Below, piece after piece: positions 37,694-47,039 of a DNA stretch of 64,000 nucleotides. Both the position numbers and the translations under genes were made by a program. Position 1 is the first letter of the stretch, and each line of letters opens with the position of its first letter. The notes under the pieces are model-generated. The model worked only from the letters and a program-made list of their open reading frames with translations. It did no database searches and had not been told where the DNA came from. Where the stretch lies: NCBI GenBank assembly GCA_964440465.1, contig CAYTSI010000005.1, positions 151 through 64,150 of the forward strand, given 5' to 3'. Source of the DNA: an uncultured Spirochaetales bacterium (lineage in GTDB: Bacteria; Spirochaetota; Spirochaetia; SPDA01; CAZSGZ01).

Positions 37694-40273
37694 ATGAAAA
37701 ACAGGCAAGGACGAATATGGACTGCGGTTGTCGTTTCAACATTGTTTCTCGGCTCATGTTCCTCAATGGCCGGGAGGTATATCGGGTATAGGCTGAATCC
37801 CGATACCGTACAAACAACAGGAACGATAGAAGTTGATGTCGAAGCTGACCTGCAGCAGCCGGTAACAGTATACCTGGACGATTACGCGGTGCCCCACATC
37901 CAGGCTGACAGCGAGTACGATCTCTATTTTGCCCTCGGCTATATGCAGGGGCGGGACAGGCGGTTTCAGCTCGAGATGTTCAAGATGCTTGCATACGGCA
38001 GGCTGCGGGAGTTAGTCGGCGACCGGGACAAAACGGGGATCCTTAAGCAGACTGAAATGATGAGCAGGATGCTCGGTTTTTATAAAGATGCTGAGTATCT
38101 TCTGCGGGAGGCCTCGGAAGAGGATGCGCGGCTGCTCGAGGCATTTTCGGCAGGCATCAACGAGGCGACCCGGCTCGAACCTCGGCCCATGGAATTCCGG
38201 GTGCTGGATTATCAGCCGGAGGAGTGGAAGCCGGAAGATTCGATGGTTATTTTTGCAATGATTTCCTTCGGTTTATGTAAAAACTGGGAACACGAATTGA
38301 GCAGGCTGGAACTGATAGTGCATCAGCTCAGAATCGGCCAAAGTATTGATCGAAGCTTACAGATATATAAACCCGTTTATGAATTACCGCCGTATCTTAT
38401 CAGTGACGGGGCTGCCAATACCTACTCACCAAACGGGAGCGGATACCGCTCTCCTGCCGACGGCGGCGTTTCTCTTATTTCCCCGGAGCTTGTCAGTTAT
38501 TTAGAAGCGTTTGTTGAAGATTATCCCGAACCGGACATGGAAAACCCGGCCGAAGATGCCGGACTTGTCTACAGAGGGATGGATAACTGGTACCGCGGCA
38601 ACAGCGCAAGCAACAACTGGGCGGTTGACGGCAGCTGGACCGGCACCGGCAAAGCGGCGCTGGCAACGGATTCACATATGCCGCATATGCTGCCGTCGAT
38701 GGGATATCTTTTTCACCTGGAAAAAGAGGGTGCATATTCGGCAATCGGGGCGGGCTTTACCGGCCTGCCCGCGGTCCCATTCGGGACAAACGGTAACGTT
38801 GCGTGGGGTGCGACTTCGAACTGGGCGGACGTAACGGACCTGTTTGTTGAAAAACCCGTATCGGGCGATCCGGATTTTTACTATTTTGAAGGGGAAGCTG
38901 TCCCGTTCGAAAAGCGGGTCGAGACATTTAAAATTCGCCGTGACGACGGCAGTTTTACGGAAGAAACCTATACGGTAAGGGAGTCGCGTCACGGGGTTAT
39001 CCTCAACGATTTTATAGAACGGATTGGCGGCGATTTTCCTCTTTTGGCACTGCGAAGAAACCGCATATTGGGAGAGCCCCTCAGTGCTCTCCGGCGGGCT
39101 TATAACGCTTATAATGTGGATGATGCGAGAGGGGCCTTTGAGGATTTCTATGGTTTTACCGGACACTGGGCCCTGGCGGATGTAAACGGGGACATAGGCT
39201 ATGTTGGAAGTGTCAGGCTGCCGCGGCGGCAGTTTCATCCGGGGACTCTCCCGGTACCGGGATGGATTGATCGGTATGAATGGAAGGAATATGTAGGGAC
39301 GGAGGAACTTCCGTTTATCAAAAACCCGCCGGCGGGACACCTCGGCACTGCAAATAATCAGGTCGTCGACCCTGAGTCAGTTTCATATCCGTTAAACCTG
39401 GACGGCTCTACGCCATTTCGCTATCAGCGAATAAAGGAAGTATTGGATAAAGGCAGCGAGGGCAGGGAAATATCGGAGATTATGTCGGAATTACAGATGG
39501 ACGACAAATTTATGGGCTGGGAGCTTCTCCGTTCCCGCTTTGGGGCCTTTCTAACCCCATTGTTACATGATGCTGATCCGCTTGTTGCTGATGCTTCCGC
39601 GATATTGCTGGAGTGGGACGGTCGGAATATTGATACGAGTACCGGGCCGACGATTTTTAATATTTTCCAGATCCAGGCATTCATTGCGGCCCTCGAGGAT
39701 GAGGTAAGTCCGAAAACGCTTCATTTCTACCTTTCCTTTTATAATATGGAGCCGCTTGTTTACGATCTTCTCGGTGATCCTGAAAATCCGGCCTGGGATG
39801 ATATCCGGACGTCCGGAAGGGAAACCTATGAAGAGGTCCTCGATGAGGCTTTCCGGAAGACTGTTTCCATGTGTGCCGATCTATATGGGGAAAAGGTTGA
39901 AAAATGGAGATGGGACCGGGGAGCGACCTTTATTTTAGAACACCCCTTCGGGACGGAAAAGGCCCTTGCCGGCTTTTTAAACAGGGGCCCCCTGCCGCTC
40001 CGCGGTGCTACCGACACACTGTTTGCACATCAAATCCAGAGGAGTGAAATCGACCACTTCGATATCAAAGGCGGTCCGGTTCTTCGTGTAGTCGTCGATT
40101 TTGGTGATCTTGAGCGTTCTTTTATGAGTTTACCAGGTGGTCAGTCGGGACGTCCTGTATCCGGCCACTATGACGATATACTTCCGCTGTATGTGAAAGG
40201 GAAGGGAATACCGATGTTAACCGATTTTTACCGGCTTGACTCCAACGCGAAGGGGCGGATAATTCTTTATTAG
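37694..40273 (+). CDS. Penicillin amidase/acylase-family Ntn-hydrolase lipoprotein (possible acyl-homoserine-lactone acylase)
   Basis: Lipobox FLGSC; GSNNWAV nucleophile-Ser motif of beta-subunit; ~860 aa. Start moved from track 37535 to ATG 37694 to avoid overlap with the 36723..37592 gene. Confidence 0.75.
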   Translation: MKNRQGRIWTAVVVSTLFLGSCSSMAGRYIGYRLNPDTVQTTGTIEVDVEADLQQPVTVYLDDYAVPHIQADSEYDLYFALGYMQGRDRRFQLEMFKMLAYGRLRELVGDRDKTGILKQTEMMSRMLGFYKDAEYLLREASEEDARLLEAFSAGINEATRLEPRPMEFRVLDYQPEEWKPEDSMVIFAMISFGLCKNWEHELSRLELIVHQLRIGQSIDRSLQIYKPVYELPPYLISDGAANTYSPNGSGYRSPADGGVSLISPELVSYLEAFVEDYPEPDMENPAEDAGLVYRGMDNWYRGNSASNNWAVDGSWTGTGKAALATDSHMPHMLPSMGYLFHLEKEGAYSAIGAGFTGLPAVPFGTNGNVAWGATSNWADVTDLFVEKPVSGDPDFYYFEGEAVPFEKRVETFKIRRDDGSFTEETYTVRESRHGVILNDFIERIGGDFPLLALRRNRILGEPLSALRRAYNAYNVDDARGAFEDFYGFTGHWALADVNGDIGYVGSVRLPRRQFHPGTLPVPGWIDRYEWKEYVGTEELPFIKNPPAGHLGTANNQVVDPESVSYPLNLDGSTPFRYQRIKEVLDKGSEGREISEIMSELQMDDKFMGWELLRSRFGAFLTPLLHDADPLVADASAILLEWDGRNIDTSTGPTIFNIFQIQAFIAALEDEVSPKTLHFYLSFYNMEPLVYDLLGDPENPAWDDIRTSGRETYEEVLDEAFRKTVSMCADLYGEKVEKWRWDRGATFILEHPFGTEKALAGFLNRGPLPLRGATDTLFAHQIQRSEIDHFDIKGGPVLRVVVDFGDLERSFMSLPGGQSGRPVSGHYDDILPLYVKGKGIPMLTDFYRLDSNAKGRIILY

Positions 40274-40293
40274 TGCCGTTTAACAAGTGCCGT
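40264..40293. repeat. 15-bp perfect tandem duplication GTGCCGTTTAACAAG x2 at acylase gene 3' end
   Basis: Seen directly at 40264-40278 and 40279-40293. Confidence 0.6.
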
Positions 40294-40434
40294 TTAACAA
40301 GGGACCGCTTGCCGATACTATTTTTTCAGGAAGCCCTAAGTACAGAAATGAAAAGATATCTCTATTAATTTTCAAAAGGACCTGAAAGTTTTTATGTGGA
40401 AGTCAATACCGTTGTACTAGTTGTACTATATGTG

Positions 40435-40472
40435 CAAGAGAAACAAGGCAATGCAATTGCCTTGTTTCTCTT
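40435..40472. terminator. Near-perfect 17-18 bp inverted repeat between convergent genes (bidirectional terminator / structured element)
   Basis: caagagaaacaaggcaat gc attgccttgtttctcttg; lies 7 bp beyond stop of minus-strand gene 40479..40760. Confidence 0.5.
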
Positions 40473-40478
40473 GAGATA

Positions 40479-40760
40479 TTATTCGCCTGTTATAATAGTA
40501 GTTATTTTATACCCGACGAAAAACCAGTTGTATTCTATATCAACAGTACCAATCTTGGAGATACCTCCATTTTGGGCGGCTTTTCTAAGTCCGGCATCAC
40601 CGGTTGCTGGGAAAAACAGAATACTCGTCATTTCCGATCGTCCAACTTTTGATCCCACTTTGCCACTGGCGCCGGCATCAAATGGCCTTACATTAACACA
40701 AGATCCAAGTAATGCAATAATGAACACCACAGTAATAGCTAACATTACCCCTTTTTTCAT
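40479..40760 (-). CDS. TRL-like lipoprotein (start at MKKGVMLAITVVFIIALLGSC)
   Basis: Lipobox LLGSC; GLRKAAQNGGISKIGTVDIEY resembles TRL-domain lipoproteins. Confidence 0.45.
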   Translation of the reverse strand: MKKGVMLAITVVFIIALLGSCVNVRPFDAGASGKVGSKVGRSEMTSILFFPATGDAGLRKAAQNGGISKIGTVDIEYNWFFVGYKITTIITGE

Positions 40761-40914
40761 GAAAATACTCCTTAGGCTAAGTTTTTTTATGCAGTTTGTA
40801 TGATATAATATTAATAAAATCATGTCAATCTGTTTTTTTTCGAACTTTTTGCGAGATTATCCAAATTTCTTTGATATTTTCTAGGCTGCTTTATACCATT
40901 TAACCTGGGTAAGC

Positions 40915-41259
40915 TTACTCGATTGGATATAACTTGTAATAGTGTTCTTCTTGGGGGCCGTAAACCCATAAAAGAGGCCACGGAGCAAAGAAGAATGGAA
41001 TACTAGCAATAATAGCCCCTGCCTTTATCTCTTTTTCCAATTGAGCAGAAACTTCTTGGTATCCTTGTTTTTTTATTTTTACGTTGTAGGTGTTGCCAGC
41101 AAAATCACTCAATTCCGTTTTCACCGGAGTAGCTCCGACGTACCTATGATTAATGAATACATCGGATCCTTTCGGTTCACTATCAATCGAAACAACTGTT
41201 GTGCAACTTATTAGCGTAGCAATTAAAATAATAGATGTAATATTCTTGACGAAAATCAT
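40915..41259 (-). CDS. PEGA-domain lipoprotein
   Basis: Lipobox LISC; EPKGSDVFINHRYVGATP PEGA-like motif. Confidence 0.5.
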   Translation of the reverse strand: MIFVKNITSIILIATLISCTTVVSIDSEPKGSDVFINHRYVGATPVKTELSDFAGNTYNVKIKKQGYQEVSAQLEKEIKAGAIIASIPFFFAPWPLLWVYGPQEEHYYKLYPIE

Positions 41260-41289
41260 AAGCCTTTTAAAATTATAATACATGGCTGC

Positions 41290-42864
41290 CTACTCCGGCG
41301 GCATGGTGGTGAGGGTTAGAAACGCCTCTCCAACTTTTACGTCGGTGCTGCCCGTCTCGCTCTGCTTTTTTCGCAGTCCCCGTGTTTGAGCGACAACCGC
41401 CTTCGCGTCTCCAAACACTTCGTAACGCTCGCCGTCAATGTAATCGATAATGACGTTTGCCGGCGGCGGTTCCTTTGAGAAGGCCGTTACCATGAGATGT
41501 TCGACGCCGTACGGCGGGACAACTTCAAATTCGTACGAGTATTTCACTACCCGGTTAACCATATCCATGCCGATATAAAAGGATTCTTCTAAAAGCACCT
41601 TTTCTCCGGTTGCCAAATCGTAGGTAAGCTGGAGGAACGCCGGCTGGTTGACCTTGAAATAGAGCTGTAGAGATTCTCCGCCTGTAAAAACGAGAACATC
41701 TCCATTTCTGCCTCTGTTTGTCCATATGTCTACCTTCAGTCCCCCGTCGGTAAAGGCGCCGTCGGCTATGGCATACTGTGTTTTCAGTGCTTCTTCGGCG
41801 TTTTGCGGTTTTATGTCATATCCCCCGGGGGCGGAGGAAACCGGAAACTCGGCAAAACCGCTGCCGAGGCTTTGCCCCGTCTCGACCGACCTCGCGACGA
41901 CCATCAGTTCAATGGAATCGCCTTTTTCCCAGTATGTGCCCCGCACTGCAATTTTGCTCTGTCCCCGTGTAAGCCGGGTATTGACGAGATTTTCAAGTTT
42001 CCGTGAAGCATAATTGCCGAAAGCGCTGGTAAAGTCGGAGTTCTGATACAAAAGAGGCGGGACTTGAAAGGAGCCGCCTTGTACCTGCTGCGTGGCGAGC
42101 ATAACGACGATTTTGTCCAGCGCGGCGTCGAGGTCGGGGACAGAGCCTTTCTGCAGGGTGGTTATTTTATTTCTAATCTCACCTTCTAAGCGGAAAAAGG
42201 TGTCCGCGTTGGTAATCCCGCCGACATTTCCCGCGGGGAAAAAACCGCTTTCGTAGCTCCCTTCCGCTAAGACATTGAAAATTGACCGGTTTTCGAGTAC
42301 ATCGGAAAAATACGGCAGTATGCCGATATATATGTCGATGGCGGACCCGATATCTCCCGCGCGTTCGGCATTTTCCGCCCGGTTTTTCCCCTGGACGATC
42401 TTTTGAAGCGCCTCCGTCCCTCTGCTCAGGAACGTATTCCGAAGCGGCCCCTTCGCGGCGTAGGCGAGGGCGTAGTGATGCTTCCAGTCGCCTGCAATTT
42501 CAAAGTCGATGTTGGTCAGTTTCATATTGCTGATGCTCCTGCTGACCATGGATACACTGGAGGACGCCGTCCCGCCGCTATCGGCCGTCGACGTGGTAAT
42601 GGTACTGGAAACCTGTACCCTGATTTTACGAATTAAATCGTCTAACGCGCCGGTTTTCGCGGCTTCCAGGGACTCGGCATCATCCGCTCCCCGCTCAGCC
42701 ATCCCGAATCCGGTAATGTGCCGCGTATCGGAGTAGGGTGATTGTAAGCCGTACTCCCGCGCCCATTCCGGCAGGCTTTGAGCGCCGGCAGGTCCGGGAA
42801 CTAGTACCGCCGCAAAGAGAAAAAGCGGCAGCGCGGCATGGAGTGTCACTTTTTTCATCATCAC
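41290..42864 (-). CDS. Secreted protein (LPP20-like N-region, DUF4384-like C-region), unknown function
   Basis: Signal peptide MMMKKVTLHAALPLFLFAAVLVPGPAGA; first gene of 3-gene minus-strand operon. Confidence 0.4.
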   Translation of the reverse strand: MMMKKVTLHAALPLFLFAAVLVPGPAGAQSLPEWAREYGLQSPYSDTRHITGFGMAERGADDAESLEAAKTGALDDLIRKIRVQVSSTITTSTADSGGTASSSVSMVSRSISNMKLTNIDFEIAGDWKHHYALAYAAKGPLRNTFLSRGTEALQKIVQGKNRAENAERAGDIGSAIDIYIGILPYFSDVLENRSIFNVLAEGSYESGFFPAGNVGGITNADTFFRLEGEIRNKITTLQKGSVPDLDAALDKIVVMLATQQVQGGSFQVPPLLYQNSDFTSAFGNYASRKLENLVNTRLTRGQSKIAVRGTYWEKGDSIELMVVARSVETGQSLGSGFAEFPVSSAPGGYDIKPQNAEEALKTQYAIADGAFTDGGLKVDIWTNRGRNGDVLVFTGGESLQLYFKVNQPAFLQLTYDLATGEKVLLEESFYIGMDMVNRVVKYSYEFEVVPPYGVEHLMVTAFSKEPPPANVIIDYIDGERYEVFGDAKAVVAQTRGLRKKQSETGSTDVKVGEAFLTLTTMPPE

Positions 42865-42909
42865 CTCCTGTAGATAGTATAGCGCTTTTTTTCCGGAAAA
42901 CCAGGCCCC

Positions 42910-43671
42910 CTATACTCCTCGAACTTCGCAGTTGATGCCCGTTTCTCGGACGATTTCAGCCGCGCGGCGCAGTTCAGTCCCGAAATAGGGACAGAGCTCG
43001 CTGAACGCGGGGTCGAGGGTCGTGCCGGGCCTGAATTGCGTCAGAATGTACCTGCCCGCGCTTTGCGGGTCCCGGGCCGCCGAAGTATAAGCCGATTTCA
43101 GGAGTTCCGCTATTGCTGCCGCCTCCTCCGTCCCCGCTATACCCGGGGCCATGGTGGTGCGGAATTCGTGGCGCACCCCGGAAGAGATGATGATTTCAAT
43201 GCTTTGCCGCAGGGCGTTTTCCACAGTGTCGACAGCCGCGGATGCCGGAGGGACAGAGCTGCTGAGAAGGCCGTATTTCTCCGGGACCGTTTTGATGTCC
43301 ATGGCAATATAGTCGGTCCGTGCAAGCAGCGGACGAAGCAGGCGGGGAAAGCAGCCGTTCGTGTCGAGTTTTACTTTTAAACCGAGGTTTTTACAGAAAT
43401 CGATAAACCCTATCAGGTCCGTATGCAGAAGCGGTTCGCCGCCGGTAACGCAGACCCCCCCGAGGACGGAAGCGCGTTTTGCTACAAACCGCCGCACCTC
43501 TTCAATCGGCAGCAGGTCATCCGGAAACGGCGGTATAACGAGCTCGGGATTGTGGCAGTAGGGGCAGCGGAGGTTGCAGCCCGGTGTAAACACCGTGGCC
43601 GCAACCTCTCCCGGAAAGTCGATTAAGGTCGTTTTAACCAGCCCTGCCCTGGTAAGCGTCATGGCCGGCAC
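42910..43671 (-). CDS. nrdG: Anaerobic ribonucleoside-triphosphate reductase activating protein (radical SAM)
   Basis: CNLRCPYCHN CxxxCxxC motif near N-terminus; operon context. Confidence 0.8.
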   Translation of the reverse strand: MPAMTLTRAGLVKTTLIDFPGEVAATVFTPGCNLRCPYCHNPELVIPPFPDDLLPIEEVRRFVAKRASVLGGVCVTGGEPLLHTDLIGFIDFCKNLGLKVKLDTNGCFPRLLRPLLARTDYIAMDIKTVPEKYGLLSSSVPPASAAVDTVENALRQSIEIIISSGVRHEFRTTMAPGIAGTEEAAAIAELLKSAYTSAARDPQSAGRYILTQFRPGTTLDPAFSELCPYFGTELRRAAEIVRETGINCEVRGV

Positions 43672-43691
43672 ACTAACCGGAGAAAACGACC

Positions 43692-44228
43692 CTAGGAGAC
43701 GCCGGCTTCCGCAAGTGAAAACACCTGCTCCATGGTTTCGGTGTTATTCGCCCGAAACACCTCGTGATCCTGGACGTCGAAAAAGATCACCGTTGGAGAG
43801 GCAAGTACCTGATGCTCTATCGCCGAATCCATTCCTTCGGGGGTATCAACATCGACGGAACTGCCGGGCATGGAAAGCTTGTTTACATATTCTTTAACCG
43901 GAGGACAATTCGGGCATGTGCCGCGGTAAAAAAACGTATAGGAAGCGGCCGATTCCGCGATGTCCCGGGGAGGGGACCCGCCGGTGCCCATCTCTTTTCC
44001 CGCGAATTCCGGCTGCCTCGAGCCGTGTTTTATCATGTTTTTCGGTTCCGAAAACAGCTTTCGGTAGTCGTATTCCTCCCGCTTCCCCTTGTTCCAATTT
44101 GCCACGGAACGGTAATATCCGACAATCCGCGTATATACTTCGGTTTTCGTACCGGTCACGCCCCGCAGATGCTGTTGTAATTCGGCTATTTCTTTGTCCA
44201 CCTGTTCAACTGTTCGTGTCGCGTTCAT
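43692..44228 (-). CDS. Stand-alone glycyl-radical domain (NrdD C-terminal-like) fused to CxxC redoxin domain
   Basis: N-terminal TEVYTRIVGYYRSVANWNKGKREE matches NrdD glycyl-radical motif (RVCGYLG...N.GK..E); C-terminal YTFFYRGTCPNCPPV...SPTVIFFD thioredoxin/glutaredoxin fold. ATG overlaps nrdD stop (ATGA). Confidence 0.6.
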   Translation of the reverse strand: MNATRTVEQVDKEIAELQQHLRGVTGTKTEVYTRIVGYYRSVANWNKGKREEYDYRKLFSEPKNMIKHGSRQPEFAGKEMGTGGSPPRDIAESAASYTFFYRGTCPNCPPVKEYVNKLSMPGSSVDVDTPEGMDSAIEHQVLASPTVIFFDVQDHEVFRANNTETMEQVFSLAEAGVS

Positions 44229-46351
44229 TTCTTCTCTCCCTTCTGTGTTTTAACCAGTTTCTGCTTTTCTGTTTGCAGTTCATCGAGCCGCCGCTGGATT
44301 TTCTCCCGTTCTTCATCGGCGCATTTCGGGCAGGCGAAATGTTCACCGTTTAAATATCCGTGTATCGGGCAGATAGAGAACGTCGGCGAGATGGTAAAAT
44401 AGGGGAGCCTGTAATTCCAGGCAATGGCGCGCACGAGATTTCTGCATGCCTCCCAGTTGTCCACGGCTTCACCCAGAAATCCATGGAATACAGTCCCCCC
44501 TGTATATTTAATTTGAAGCTCGTCCTGATGGTCGAGGGCCTCAAAAATGTCCGAAGTAAAATCGACGGGCATCTGCGTCGAATTGGTGTAGAAGGGCTCC
44601 TGAACGCCGCTGGTAATAATGTCCGGATACCGCTCTCTGTCGTGTTTTGCCAGCCTGTAGGAGGTGCTCTCCGCGGGTGTTGCCTCAAGATTGAACAGGT
44701 CTCCCGTGTCTTCCTGCAGGTCCGCAAGGTGCCGCCGCATGTAGTCGAGAATTTCCAGAGCAAATTCGCGGCCTGTTTCGGTGGTCATGTCCTCTCCTGA
44801 AAAATTAAGAGTGCATTCGTTCATCCCCACGATGCCGATAGTCGAAAAGTGGTTGTCCAGGTGTTTCAGGTACCGTTTGGTATATGGAAACAGTCCGGCT
44901 TCCATCAGCCTGTTGATTACCTTCCGTTTAATAGTGAGGGACTCCGCGGCGGTGTCCATCAGTTCGGTAAGCCGGTGGAAGAAATCCACTTTCGTGTTCG
45001 AAAGATATCCGATTCTCGGAAGGTTGATGGTTACCACCCCGATAGACCCGGTAAACTCGTCGGAACCGAAGAGGCCGCCCCCCCGTTTCCGGAGTTCCCG
45101 CTTGTCCAGCTGCAGCCGGCAGCACATGGAGCGGACATCCCCGGGATTCAGGTCGCTGTTGACGAAATTCTGAAAGTAGGGTGTTCCGTACTTCGAGGTC
45201 ATTTCAAACAGCAGTTTCGCGTTTTCCGAATCCCAGTTGAAATCGTCGGTAATGTTGTAGGTGGGTATAGGATATTGAAACCCCCGGCCGTTGGCGTCAC
45301 CGTCAATCATAAGATGAATGAAAGCCTTGTTGATGAGGTCCATCTCCCGCTGACAGTCGCCGTAGGTAAAGTCAAGATCTTCACCCCCCACAATTGCCGG
45401 CCGTTCCTGCAGGTCGGAAGGAACATTCCAGTCCAGGGTAATGTTGGTGAACGGCGCCTGACTTCCCCAGCGGGACGGTGTATTAACACCGAAAATAAAA
45501 CTCTGGATTGCCTGTTTTACCTGTTCGAAGCTTAAATCATCAATTTTTACAAAGGGGGCCAAGTAGGTGTCGAAACTCGAAAGCGCCTGCGCGCCGGCCC
45601 ATTCGTTCTGCATAATCCCTAAAAAATTGACAATCTGCTGAATTAAGGTGTTTAAGTGCTTTGCCGGTTTCGACGTAATTTTATCGGGAACGCCGCCTAA
45701 GCCTTCCATAATCAGCTGACGCAGGGACCAGCCGGCGCAGTAGCCGGAAAACATTGACAGATCGTGGATATGAAAATCGGCATTCTGATGGGCCATGGAA
45801 ACGTCCTCGGGATAGATGTTTTTAAGCCAGTAATTTGCCGTGATGGTACCCGAATTGTGAAGGACCAGCCCGCCTAATGAAAAATTAACGTTGGCGTTTT
45901 CGTTTACCCGCCAGTCGGACTGGCTTAAGTATCCGTCCATGGTTGAGCTGATGTCCAGTGTCAGCTTTCTGGTGTCCCTTATTATCTCATGTTTGGCCCG
46001 GTAGATAATATAGGCTTTTGCAATATCGAACTGCTTCCTTTCCATCAGGACCGTTTCCACTAAGTCCTGTATCTCCTCTATTGCCGGTACCGAGTTCGGA
46101 TGCCGTGCGGACATTACCTTCCGCATCCGTTCCTCCACCTGACTTGTAAGCTCCTCTACAAAGTCGAGGTCTTCCTCTCCCCGGACTGCCCGGACCGCTT
46201 TCCCGACGGCCCCGGCAATTTTCCATCGGTCATACTTTTCCAATTTCCCGTTTCTTTTAATAACCTGCCGTATCACTGCCCCTGCAGCCGGCTTCTCGGA
46301 ACTCTCTATGCCGAGAAACTCCTCCCAATAGCTGCGTCCTGTATGCTCCAA
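44225..46351 (-). CDS. nrdD: Anaerobic (class III) ribonucleoside-triphosphate reductase catalytic subunit, apparently lacking its own glycyl-radical domain
   Basis: N-terminal ATP-cone (VIKRNGKLEKYDRWKI), core RNR-III motifs, C-terminal Zn-site CPIH...CPKC, then ends with basic coiled tail without the RxxGY motif. Confidence 0.85.
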   Translation of the reverse strand: MEHTGRSYWEEFLGIESSEKPAAGAVIRQVIKRNGKLEKYDRWKIAGAVGKAVRAVRGEEDLDFVEELTSQVEERMRKVMSARHPNSVPAIEEIQDLVETVLMERKQFDIAKAYIIYRAKHEIIRDTRKLTLDISSTMDGYLSQSDWRVNENANVNFSLGGLVLHNSGTITANYWLKNIYPEDVSMAHQNADFHIHDLSMFSGYCAGWSLRQLIMEGLGGVPDKITSKPAKHLNTLIQQIVNFLGIMQNEWAGAQALSSFDTYLAPFVKIDDLSFEQVKQAIQSFIFGVNTPSRWGSQAPFTNITLDWNVPSDLQERPAIVGGEDLDFTYGDCQREMDLINKAFIHLMIDGDANGRGFQYPIPTYNITDDFNWDSENAKLLFEMTSKYGTPYFQNFVNSDLNPGDVRSMCCRLQLDKRELRKRGGGLFGSDEFTGSIGVVTINLPRIGYLSNTKVDFFHRLTELMDTAAESLTIKRKVINRLMEAGLFPYTKRYLKHLDNHFSTIGIVGMNECTLNFSGEDMTTETGREFALEILDYMRRHLADLQEDTGDLFNLEATPAESTSYRLAKHDRERYPDIITSGVQEPFYTNSTQMPVDFTSDIFEALDHQDELQIKYTGGTVFHGFLGEAVDNWEACRNLVRAIAWNYRLPYFTISPTFSICPIHGYLNGEHFACPKCADEEREKIQRRLDELQTEKQKLVKTQKGEKK

Positions 46352-46367
46352 TTGGTCCCCCTTCCCC

Positions 46368-46832
46368 TCATGACGATTTATTTGACAACTTTCCTATTTC
46401 ATCGATAAATTGATCAACATTTTCAAACATCCGGTATACCGAGGCAAACCGGACATACCCCACCATATCAACGTCGAATAATTTTGAAAGCACCATTTCC
46501 CCTAATTTCCGCGAGGTAATCTCATGGGTGCTTTTTGCCTGCATGGCCGCTTCATCTTCCAATTCGTGAAGCATTTCTTCTACTTTCAGCTGGGGGACCG
46601 GCCGTTTTTCCAGGGAAATTTGAATACCCCGTTCGAGTTTGGTCAAATCGAACTGCTGCCGCCGGCCGTCACGCTTTACAACCATCAGCTTTTTTTCTTC
46701 AATGTGTTCGTAGGATGTGAATCGATACCCGCAGTGCAGACATTCCCTCCGCCGGCGTATGGACGTGCCGCTGGCGTTCTGTCTGGACTCGAGGACCCTG
46801 TCTTCGTGACTTTCACAAAGCGGGCATTTCAC
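46368..46832 (-). CDS. nrdR: NrdR transcriptional repressor (Zn-ribbon + ATP-cone), GTG start
   Basis: VKCPLCESHEDRVLESRQ...RRRRECLHCGYRFTSYE Zn ribbon; ATP-cone; GGAAGG RBS. Track ORF is 5'-extended. Confidence 0.85.
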   Translation of the reverse strand: MKCPLCESHEDRVLESRQNASGTSIRRRRECLHCGYRFTSYEHIEEKKLMVVKRDGRRQQFDLTKLERGIQISLEKRPVPQLKVEEMLHELEDEAAMQAKSTHEITSRKLGEMVLSKLFDVDMVGYVRFASVYRMFENVDQFIDEIGKLSNKSS

Positions 46833-46864
46833 AACCTTCCCCCAATTAACGCGGCCGCCCAAAA

Positions 46865-46880
46865 CCTCTATATATAGTGG
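46865..46880. promoter_or_regulatory. NrdR-box-like palindrome 1
   Basis: cctctatatatagtgg, matches consensus acaCwAtATaTwGtgt class (AT-rich core palindrome). Confidence 0.45.
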
Positions 46881-46907
46881 AATTAGCCGCAACAATATCA
46901 CTATATC

Positions 46908-46923
46908 ACACCATATATTGTGT
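46908..46923. promoter_or_regulatory. NrdR-box-like palindrome 2
   Basis: acaccatatattgtgt, near-perfect match to NrdR box consensus; 43 bp centre-to-centre from box 1. Confidence 0.55.
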
Positions 46924-47039
46924 TGCAACACAATTCTAATATTTTTATCGACATTTCTTGCCAAACCCTAAACGGATGTGTGTAAAATTTTCGGTAACGG
47001 GTATATACTGATACCAATGACCACTGTAAGGAGATATGA

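Noticed and set aside
44225-44228. Sequencing frameshift as explanation for NrdD lacking its glycyl-radical domain
   Set aside because: Stop and start overlap as ATGA with both ORFs in clean frames, and the small ORF has ~30 extra N-terminal residues plus an additional redoxin domain; looks like genuine coupling. Still worth resequencing.
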